From: Octopus sinensis
Lineage: Eukaryota
NCBI RefSeq assembly: GCF_006345805.1
Contig: NC_043017.1
Coordinates: 30,504,001 to 30,568,000, forward strand
Direction of reading: 5' to 3'
Length of the DNA: 64,000 nt
Part shown: one piece after another, positions 53,820 through 64,000 of the stretch
How positions within the stretch are numbered: the first letter of the stretch is position 1
Layout: every line of letters begins with the position of its first letter
Translations under genes and position numbers: made by a program
Notes under the pieces: model-generated
The model's database searches: none
Seen by the model: only the letters and a program-made list of their open reading frames with translations
What the model was told of the DNA's origin: nothing

Positions 53820-54540
53820 AATGGTTTCGGATTTACTATGGGCAATTGGCTCCCTCTGGATCCTCGGCCGAGTAAAGTTTTATGAGTGGGATTCCGAAAG
53901 TGAAATATGCCAGCCGTATGTATACGTCATTTCAACTTGTACATCTGTATCCATATATTTTCAACTGCACACTAGTAGAAATAGGAAAACGAGCCATTTT
54001 ATCTCCCAAAAGTTCTGCCTGTGTTGCAATAAATGAAAACGTTTTTCATATTATACCAGAGACACTTAAAACGAACTTAAGCACAGGTTCAGTGTCCGGC
54101 AATAATGAAGAGGAGGTTCAGAAGTATCTATTTGAATTCATAAACTCACTCACTCCATCCGATATGCCTCCGCATCGCCTCAACTTAAAAGTAGGGGCTA
54201 TTGTAATACTGCTAAGAGAACTTTCGATCGGTCAAGGATTATGTAATGGAACTCGCATGAAAGTGCAAAGAGTTCTTGAAGATTGTGTAGAGACATCATG
54301 GTAACAGGCTCCAACAGAAGTCGTACAGTTCTAATTACCAGAATTAAACTTAGTCCAAGTGATGCAAATATTCCCTTCACACTAAACAGACTCCAGTTTC
54401 TACTTCGACTTGCATATCCAATGATAATTAATAAGGCTCAAAGGCAAACATTAGAAAAGGTTGAAATATTTTCTCATGGCCAATTATATGTCACATTTTC
54501 AAGACCACGGGCCATGAACAATATCAAAGTAACAAGCCAC
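53820..54540 (+). mobile_element. Helitron PIF1-type helicase C-terminal relic (frameshifted)
   Basis: RAILSPK, EFINSLTPSDMPPHRLNLKVGAIVILLRELSIGQGLCNGTRMKV, RLQFLLRLAYPMIINKAQRQTL and FSHGQLYVTFSR are the Helitron helicase motifs. Confidence 0.9.
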
Positions 54541-54685
54541 AGAATAGCACAAGCCGGCATCAAAACTACCTCCAAGCCCGTTGTATATTTATGTATGTAC
54601 ATATGTATGCATATATGTATGTGTGTATGTGCGTTCGCGTTTGTCGCACCACCACCAGCACCACAACCACCATTGCTTGACAACC

Positions 54686-55105
54686 CATTTCTTTATTACC
54701 CACAAGGGGCTAAACATAGAAGGGACAAACAAGGACAGACATAGGTATTAAGTCGATTACATCGACCCCAGTGCGTGATTGGTACTTAATTTATCGACCC
54801 AGAAAAGATGAAAGGTAAAGTCGACCTCGGCGGAATTTGAACTCACAACGTAACGGCAGACGAAATACCTATTTCTTTATTACCCACAAGGGGCTAAACA
54901 CAGAGGGGACAAACAAGGACAGACATAGGTATTAAGTCGATTACATCGACCCCAGTGCGTAACTGGTACTTAATTTATCGACCCCGAAAGGATGAAAGGC
55001 AAAGTCGACCTTGGCGGAATTTGAACTCAGAACGTAACGGCAGACGAAATACCGCTAAGCATTTCGCCCGACGTGCTAACGTTTCTGCCAGCTCGCCGCC
55101 TTAAG
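54686..55105 (-). mobile_element. SINE group C partial dimer inserted into a group A 3-prime half
   Basis: 13-bp TSD ttgcttgacaacc at 54673-54685 and 55106-55118; group A sequence resumes to about 55285. Confidence 0.9.
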
Positions 55106-55700
55106 TTGCTTGACAACCGATCTTGGTGCATTTGCGTCCCTGTAATTTAGTTTTTCTGCAGAATAATCTGATAGAATAAGCAGCAGGCTTACACGGAATA
55201 AGTCCAGGGGTGAATTTCTTCGATTAAAGGGTGGTGATCCAGCATGGCCACCATCAAATGCCTGAAAGAATTAAAAGAATAAAATAATACAGAGGAACGT
55301 TACACACCACTAAACCAAGAAGGTTCCTTGAATATGTACGATGTATTTTAATATTAAATAGTAATCCCGTTTACGTTTGTGTAACAGATGTTTTGGTTGG
55401 ATTATATAGTCATTGGTGTTACGTTATGTACTACATTATGTAACTGCTACAATATAAGATTCTAGGCCCGAAATTTTTTGTGAGGAGGGGGGCCAGTTGA
55501 TTAGATCGACCTCAGTACACAACTGGTACTTAATTAATCGAACCCGAAAGGACGAAAGGTAAAGTCTAATTCAGCAGAATTTGAACTCAGAACGTAAAGA
55601 CTGGCGGTCATTATATGCAAACAATTCTCATGGCACCACTACGTTGTTTACAGATGCTTACACTTTTTATGTTTTCCATGGTTTTTCTCGGGCCCCAGCA

Positions 55701-55731
<31 letters not shown>

Positions 55732-55939
55732 GTTGTTGTTGTTGTTGTTTTTGTTTTTGTTGTTGTTTTTGTTGTTGTTAGGGAGAAGCTGGCAGAACCG
55801 TTTCCACGCCTGGCAAAACACTTAGCGGCATTTCGTCTGTCTTTTGTTTTGAGTTCTGATCCCACCGAGGTAGACTATGCCTTTCGTGCTTTCGAGGTCG
55901 ATTAAAAAAAGGGATAAGTAAATCACTGAGGTCTTAGTA

Positions 55940-56219
55940 ATTTACTAGCCCCTCTTTCCCAAATTTACTAGCCCCTCTTTCCCAAAGTTACTAGCCCCTC
56001 TTTCCCAAATTTACTAGCCCCTCTTTCCCAAATTTACTAGGCCCTCTTTCCCAAATTTACTAGCCCCTCTTTACCAAATTTACTAGCCCCTCTTTCCCAA
56101 ATTTACTAGCCCCTCTTTCCCAAATTTACTAGCCCCTCTTTCCCAAATTTACTAGCCCCTCTTTCCCAAATTTACTAGCCCCTCTTTCCCAAATTTACTA
56201 GCCCCTCTTTCCCAAATTT
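55940..56219. repeat. 23-bp minisatellite (atttactagcccctctttcccaa) x12 inside a SINE group C copy (55780-56245)
   Basis: Period 23 from 55940; near-perfect units; flanks continue the group C body and the aggccttgtgc tail. Confidence 0.95.
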
Positions 56220-57349
56220 CAGGCCTTGTGCTCATAGTAGAAAACATAAATCATTATTATTATAATTACCATAGCCTATACATATTTAGATGTAAACGAG
56301 ACGCGAAGAAAGATTGGCCACGTGTGAAAATGATCGTTTCATCGTTTCAAATAAACATAAAAAAAGGAATTCAAAAATATTTAAAGGCAACGCTTTCGAA
56401 GACTTAAAAATATTTTAAAAACAAGCCAAATCAGCAAAACCTGCAAATAGAGAAAACATTTTTATCTAATTTTCAAAGAAAAAATAAGACTTTGACTGCA
56501 TATACAACGATAAAAACGGGGAAATAGTACTGTTATCTCTCACTAGCTTCGCAGGTTCACACTGAAAGAATACTTGTGAAAATAAAATCTTCAGTAACAA
56601 TACTAAAAGTAAATTGTGCAAACCTGACAAAAATATATAAAATATTTTTGTCATATAATACTAAAGGCATTTAAAACAGTTTTGTGAAGATAAAGATATT
56701 TTATGAACGCGTAGGACAGTTAAACAAGGATAATACTATCTCAGAACAGGCGCTGTTCCAATTTTTTTTTCTAAAAAAAAAAATGGTAATAGTTCGTTCC
56801 CAACGGAGGTGATGTGAATACATTCAAAGTTATTTGCATTCAGTCTACACTTATAAATGAAATTCTTATACAAATCAAAATAGCAATGCATTAGAAATGC
56901 GAGTTTTGTAAAACAACATTTAAAAATATCAGTAAGCACATTAATGTTATAGACACGCAAACACACATACAAGAGTACACAGGTCTCTGTAGATGTGTGT
57001 GTGTGTGTGTTTGTTTGTTTGTGTGTGCATGTGTTCATAAATAATAAAGGCGGCTTATTCGCCTTAGCAATCGAAAGGCAGATGTATAGACGTCACTAAA
57101 GTGACCAAGGGAAATATTTCGCGCCGGTATTGCTAGAAATATGAGTCAAAACAACATTTAGCCACGAGAGAGCAATTATCTTCTGACTCCCTACAGCATA
57201 ACCAGACCACCAGTGATTTTGCGTTTGATTCATGCTCGTCAGTGGTTCGCAGCAGGCTGCCTAGATTTAAATGATAAAGGCGTCTTTTATATATATATAT
57301 ATATATATAATATATATATATATATATTATATATATATATATATATATA

Positions 57350-57506
57350 CTTTATTTAAAAGCAGCAGAAATTTAACAAAACCTGTTACTCGGAGTTTCA
57401 CGTTCCCGTTCGTCGGACAGGTTTCTTAAAATAATGTGACCGACGAACGAGAACATGAAACTCCGAGTAACAGCTTTTTTTAAATTTCTGCTGCTTTTAA
57501 ATAAAG
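57350..57506. repeat. Foldback element, 67-bp arms with a 23-nt spacer, in (TA)n
   Basis: Arms 57350-57416 and 57440-57506, 4 mismatches. Confidence 0.95.
57379..57424 (-). ncRNA. Type I hammerhead ribozyme, CCGACGA core
   Basis: AAACCUGU-CCGACGA-ACG GGAA CGU-GAA-ACUC C GAGU-A-ACAGGUUU: 8-bp stem I, 3-bp stem II with a GNRA loop, 4-bp stem III with a 1-nt loop, GUA triplet. Confidence 0.78.
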
Positions 57507-57578
57507 CATATTACTCTACCTCTGGTATTTGAGAACTCTTTTTTCCACCTAGTTTCCCATTTATGTGTTTACTCCGGT

Positions 57579-57619
<41 letters not shown>

Positions 57620-57633
57620 ATATATATATATAT

Positions 57634-57664
<31 letters not shown>

Positions 57665-57667
57665 TAT

Positions 57668-57970
<303 letters not shown>

Positions 57971-58607
57971 TGCGTCCTATCACATCAGTTGCACCAGTTT
58001 ATTGGCCAGAGTGTATAACATTTTAAGCTCTTCACGAACTTAATTAATGTTGGACCCTTCAATTCACTCAACTTTTCTAGCTTTGTACACAATGTAACTG
58101 AGAAAAACTGCTGTCAGAACTCAATTCCTTTTTGATTCAACACAATGCATTTTGCTATATCGCAAACAATTCTCTCACATTTCCAGAAATGTGCTTTAAT
58201 AATTGTTATAATGATACACTCACAGACCTATGAAGAAATCAAAAAGTCTTTTGTAGAAACTTACAATAACAAAAAAAAAAATCATAACGAATTACAACAA
58301 GTAATAACATCAAGGTTTTTAGAATTCAACAACACCCTAATCATGAAATATACAATGCTGATTCAACAAAGTAATTATAGCTGCATCAAGGAAAGATATT
58401 CCACAAGGCAACATAAAAAAACACACAACTTCAATTATGAATTATACACCAAAGTAGCTAAACCTATAAAAAGTAGAGACGGCCTTAAATACAATATAGC
58501 GACACTGCACACGACCGAAATAAACTATGCTTCAAAGAACTAATGAAGGAAATAGTCGAAAACTACATATATATAACTGTGTATGAGTCTGTGTTTGAGT
58601 GTGTGTG

Positions 58608-58657
<50 letters not shown>

Positions 58658-59568
58658 AGTGTGTGTGTGTGTGTGTGTGTGTCCGTGTGAGTGTGTGAGG
58701 AAAATAAACAATAGAACATACACGACTAGACAAGAATTGTATCAAAGATATACTACAATACAGTAAAACAGTATATAGTGTGATTAGCGACAGCATCAAC
58801 AGAGCAACAGTATTGGTCATATTATACACCGTATGGCAAAAAATAATTGTACATATCTATATTGCAACCCGAAGCAAACTCCTTTTTTCCAGAAACAGCC
58901 ATAGCGAATTTAGGAATTTATTATCCAGTGTGCACTTCCTTGCGATTATTCTCGATCCTATAGCCCTGTGATCAAATGAGTTCCATACCAGACCGTCCTG
59001 TCTTTCATTCAGAACTTGTACTCCCTTATTAATGTTGTATGGCATCTGTTACCATTCTAATATTGCAGTCCTACGAGTGATTGACACCTTGGTATGAGCA
59101 TCGTCTCCGCAATTCAGGCAGGCCGTATCGAGGACTACATCATCTAATGCGCCTTCCTTTGCCGAAGTTTCTTAGGGGTCGCATTTGATTCAATAGATCT
59201 ATGGTCCAAGATGTCTCTCCTTTAATCATCATAAATTTTAGTAGACAAAATGCACCCTGGACTAAATTATCTACTGCGTCCTTCCAAGAAGTGGTTGTTT
59301 AGCCATATGTATGTCCTGATCTAGTGAACCAACGATAGGATATATTTCTACATTTGTCACCAGACCAGCAACTGGGCCCCACTTGCAATGTCATGCGCTG
59401 TTTTTCTTCATATGAGATCACAATGTTACGCACATATAGTTGTGATGCATGTGCCTGGTGTACCCTTATCAGACGGGTAGTCATGGTGGGTATACTGGAC
59501 TTCCTATATTTTACTGCAGTGTCACTTTGATAGCATGCACTGCTCTCTCACTCAATAATAATAATAAT

Positions 59569-59621
<53 letters not shown>

Positions 59622-59659
59622 TAATAATAATAATAATAATAAAATAATAATAATAATGA

Positions 59660-59875
59660 TAAAAAAATATTCAGACATATACATAACAAAAACACCAGGA
59701 CTTACAAACACATATAACATACAGAAAATTGCACTACTAGGCACTGCACACATCCTACGCAGAACACTTTCCATACAATAACCATCAGAGCATCACAACA
59801 AATCAAAGCACATACCCAAGGCACACAGAGCTGCGCTCGGTAGTGAAGTGAAAGCACGCTATAAAAATAAAACTA

Positions 59876-59880
<5 letters not shown>
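59660..59880 (+). mobile_element. 5-prime-truncated Dong/R4-like LINE in an (AAT)n tract
   Basis: Encodes NIQKIALLGTAHILRRTLSIQ-stop (Dong/R4 C-terminus), then about 100 bp of UTR; (AAT)n on both sides (59554-59657 and 59881-59970). Confidence 0.8.
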
Positions 59881-59960
<80 letters not shown>

Positions 59961-60254
59961 TTAATAATAATAGTAACAACAACAATAACAACAACCAGAA
60001 CAATAATAACAATTGTTTTCGAATTTCACACAGGTTCAACAACTTAAGGGAAAATATACGTAAATGCAACCTAGAATTTTATCCTCCCTTGTTTCCTATA
60101 TTTCACGCCATCGGAACACTACACCAAGAACGGAATGTAGGCAATGCTGCACTCATATATGTACACTAATTCGTATTAATACTATGAGATGCGAAGGCTC
60201 TGGAAGCCGAGCAAAAATTGAAGAATTCAAAATTCCCAATCTGTATAACACCGT

Positions 60255-60581
60255 TTAAAAGACTCCGCCGGTTACGACGACGAGGGTCCCAACTGATACG
60301 ATCAACGGAACAGCTTGCTCGTGAAATTAACGTGCAAATGGCTGAGCATTCCACAGACACGTGTACCCTTAACGTAGTTCTCGGGGATAATCAGCGTGAC
60401 ACAGAGAGTGACAAGGCTGACCCTTTGAAATACAAGTACAACTCATTTTTGCCAGCTGAGTGGACTGGAGCAACGTGAAATAAAGTGTCTTGCTCAAGGA
60501 CACAACGCGTCGCCGGGAATCGAACTCACAACCTTACGACCATGAGCCGAATGCCCTAACCACAAAGCCACGCGCCCTCAC
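60255..60581 (-). mobile_element. SINE group B (M1 + T1), young
   Basis: 11-bp TSD tataacaccgt at 60244-60254 and 60582-60592. Confidence 0.95.
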
Positions 60582-61059
60582 TATAACACCGTACAGACCT
60601 ATCAGTCACCAATGCATACTTTTCAATGTTTTCTAAACACTAACCTTATCTTCGCTTGTACACACAAATATATATCTCATCCTATTCAACAGATTCAAAC
60701 TGCACATCAAATGTCTCAGTATTCATAGAACAAACACAGGAACTATATCAAGGTTCCACCGACACAATCCTCAAACATGAAACATTGTAACGACAATTGT
60801 AAGCAGCGAAAAATGTTCACTTCATTGTCTGCTATCAGTTTAAAGAAAATAGAGTCTTACCAACATTAAGAAGCAATAGTATGCGCCTAACAGCAAAATA
60901 CATGCGAGGCTGCTGGCGTAAGTAATGTAAACGTTATCTATGTTCAGTTTTAGCCTTGACGGTATGAAGAAATTTGCTGCTTCTATAGGATAAAAAATTA
61001 GAATTCACGTAGTTACATACTAACAACAAAAGTAAAAGACTGTTGGGCTACATGACATA

Positions 61060-61384
61060 GGGGGCGCGTGGCTTAGTGGTTAGGGCATTCGGCTCATGAT
61101 CGTAAGGTTGTGAGTTCGATTCCCGGCGACGCGTTGTGTCCTTGAGCAAGGCACTTTATTTCACGTTGCTCCAGTCCACTCAGCTGGCAAAAATGAGTTG
61201 TACTTGTATTTCAAAGGGTCAGCCTTGTCACTCTCTGTGTCACGCTGATTATCCCCGAGAACTACGTTAAGGGTACACGTGTCTGTGGAATGCTCAGCCA
61301 TTTGCACGTTAATTTCACGAGCAAGCTGTTCCGTTGATCGTATCAGCTGGGACCCTCGTCGTCGTAACCGGCGGAGTCTTTAAG
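61060..61384 (+). mobile_element. SINE group B (M1 + T1), young
   Basis: 10-bp TSD acatgacata at 61050-61059 and 61385-61394; intact A box tggcttagtggt and B box gagttcgattcc. Confidence 0.95.
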
Positions 61385-63510
61385 ACATGACATAAAAGTG
61401 ACTACATTAAGCATATATGGATGCATTGTGAGCTTTTTCATTATTTACCGTCGTTTAACAGCAGGATAACCAACGTTGAATGTCAGTAATATTAACATGT
61501 GAATTTATAATTTATAATTTATAATAGTTTGGTTTATTTGAGTTGCACTGCAATCATATAAATAAAGATGCTGATTTTTACCAAATGATATATGAATTAA
61601 AATAATAAATACATTTATTAATTAAAGGCGCACGAAGCAGCATTCTATTAAATGTATCGCTGTGTAAAAATACTTAAAATGTTAGTACTTAGTCGGACGA
61701 GGTAAAACCTTTTGCTGCGGAGATGGTCTTGTTAGAAAATATTTTTCATGGACAATTTGTGTAAAAGCATAACATTAGTCTACGAAACACGACATTGGAT
61801 CATAGAGTGTGTGCTTGTTAGTTTTGTTATGCTTCATCAATACGAGTGGATAAATTCCAGCTTGACCAAGCTTTGTGCACTTAAGCAAACATAATATTTT
61901 CTATTAAAAGTATTTATGAACATCCGTGTTATAGGACTGGGAAACACATATTCTGTGTTTGAATCTGATGAATCATGGGGACAAAAACATTCTGGAGCTC
62001 TACAGTCCAATGATAGTATCCATAGCCAAAATAATGTCATTTCAAAATATATTGTCGATGAGAAGAAAATTCATCCGTTACTAAGCTCTGAGTGATGCAA
62101 GCGATGCTTTTGCGCTATCGATGGAACCAACGCCCGTGTCCTCATTGAAACCATTCGGGTGAGAACGATTTTCAGCTTATATATGACAGAAATTTCGTGT
62201 GTCCGAAGTTTATCTTTCGTTAGTCACAACATAAGGAAATCTCAGATCACTTGTACTTTACTGTTCATGATCACACATTTTAGATCTCACTTACATTCAA
62301 TCTTCCTCTGTCTCTATTACCCGTGATTGTATACGAATATATATTAATGTATACCTTTTTGCATGTATAAATGAATGCCGTCTAGTTGTATTTCTCCAAG
62401 CCCCTAAATTTTTACGACTGTGTGTGTATGAGGGGGAGTGTTTGTATTTGTGTGTGTCTGTGTGTGTGTGCGTTAAATAAATATCAGCCTGAACGAAGTG
62501 CATGCGTAAATAGTATCATATAAAACTACTTCACGTTGGTATGCTAGGATTGACGCAGTCTAATGTCTAAACACAGTAAAACAATAGATATATTAAATGG
62601 ACCAACCACGAATCACTAGTGAAATAGCCATAGAGCCAATGCTCTATTTAATTAGCTATTTTAACTCCGTACAAGTATAGTGCAGTCCCACACTCAATAC
62701 CACAAACCACTTAGTAACAGTAGTAGTGGAACAAACTATATAAATAGCTACAAACATAATAATTTAAAATAAAAGAAAAGAAAAGAAATGTTACAAGCAA
62801 GTTTGATGTCTGCCTAATGGTTTCTTAGTTTGGAGTGTTTACATCTATTTGACATCAGAATTCAACTGACAAGACAAAAGTGACCATTTTGTAAACTGAA
62901 TATTCAGAGATAGATAAATGTAAGTGCACATACATATACATATCTTGAAGTAAATACATACACAGAGGCATATAAACAGCGAATTTCACATAGTGGTTCG
63001 TAAACGTATGAGACACCTAATGGCTAAGCTAAATTTATAACGCTTGTGTCAAAGAATGTCTTTTGGAAAAAGATGGAGATCAAAATAAGAAGGTGATGTC
63101 CGCATTAAAATTACAGCAGACGATGACGATGTTGCTAGTATAGCTAATCCTGCTCATCATGGTAACGATGACAACGATGAAGACGAAGATGAAGCTATTT
63201 ATGATGACGCTGATGACGATGATAAGGAGAAGGAAGAAGAGTATGGAGAAAGAGGAGTTTTCTTTGATGATGATGATAATGCGATGTTGTTGGTGGGTTT
63301 TATTATGATACTAAGGTGGCGAGGAAGGACAATTAATAACACGTGAGGAAAAATTTGATAAATTTCGAAGATATGAACGTAGAACAGACAAGAATCTAAT
63401 TAAATCTCGTAATTTCTTTTCCAACGTACGGCCAACTTGTTAAAACTTCAAGGAGAAATAGATATCTAATTGTTTTGTTGAAAATTTACACATTCAGGTC
63501 GACTCAGGTA

Positions 63511-63727
63511 TACGAGGGTTTCCTGCAAAGCTCCTAGTTTGTGTATAAAAAGGAAATAGGGGACCATTTTATTATGAACGTATTTGAAATATTCCACTCT
63601 CAGTTTCATACATTTATTGCCGCGGTCCTTAAGTTTTTTTCAGCCCTGTAAAAGAACTCGAAGGGTGGGGCATTCAGACAAGCCATTCCGGACACTCTAA
63701 AAGCCAGGATCTTTTCAGCCCCACATA
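63511..63727 (-). mobile_element. Mariner-derived MITE
   Basis: TA at both ends, degenerate TIRs (tacgaggg...aaag.tcct), and a minus-strand remnant KLKDRGNKCMKLRVEY of the mariner C-terminus. Confidence 0.6.
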
Positions 63728-64000
63728 CACACACACTCATACACGTGCAGGCATATACATATATAAATATATATAGTTGATAAAAGAAATGGAAAATGGA
63801 AAATGGATTTAGTACGAAATTTTATGTTGCACGACGATCGTTTCGACATATGTGTCTGTCTAATAGGGGTAAGATATTATGGACCTTCTTGCATTGCATC
63901 GATCAGTGCAGATTATGTAACTTCAGGTGCTTGGTGTAGGACAAAATAACCCACTAAATATACTGATATCTCCTTGGCATGTTTTTATGACTAGTAGTAC

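Noticed and set aside
53770-53970. Peptide MVSDLLWAIGSLW...ICQPYVY that looked like a captured membrane-protein fragment
   Set aside because: SDLLWAIG fits the Helitron helicase F..WLL.IG motif in the expected place, so it is part of the frameshifted helicase relic.
55940-56219. Regular 23-bp repeat considered as a CRISPR array
   Set aside because: Units are contiguous with no spacers and lie inside a eukaryotic SINE.
58145-58543. 132-aa ORF
   Set aside because: AT-rich and biased composition; no recognisable domain or splice signals.
61060-61135. tRNA-like sequence considered as a tRNA gene
   Set aside because: It continues into the SINE body, is bounded by a TSD and lacks an acceptor stem and poly-T terminator.
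63115-63345. Open acidic frame (DDDD/EEE)
   Set aside because: A decayed (GAT/GAA)n low-complexity tract typical of this genome.

Overview
AT-rich, microsatellite-saturated animal DNA with one 100-N scaffold gap (23302-23401). The repeat families look like those of an octopus or other coleoid cephalopod; this is inference from recalled SINE sequences, not a database hit. I find no convincing protein-coding gene, rRNA, true tRNA or CRISPR array. Almost every listed ORF is a translated simple repeat or a SINE read-through. The window is intergenic or intronic and filled with mobile elements: (i) three tRNA-derived SINE groups (A, B, C) with many TSD-bounded and nested copies; (ii) 3-prime fragments of CR1/L2-group LINEs and of Dong/R4-like RLE LINEs; (iii) a decayed Penelope-like RT + GIY-YIG ORF; (iv) non-autonomous and internally deleted Helitrons; (v) mariner relics and a Merlin-like MITE; (vi) several foldback palindromes set in (TA)n. 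The most interesting signal is a set of minimal type I hammerhead ribozymes in short, mostly microsatellite-flanked elements. Several carry a non-canonical CCGANGA (U4C) core. Two otherwise dissimilar copies also share a covarying three-hairpin RNA module downstream of the ribozyme. Other notable items: a 3-prime stem-loop kept by compensatory changes across a SINE and two LINEs, a 2x2 modular SINE shuffle, and a 98%-identical inverted SINE pair that could be a long dsRNA (ADAR) substrate.
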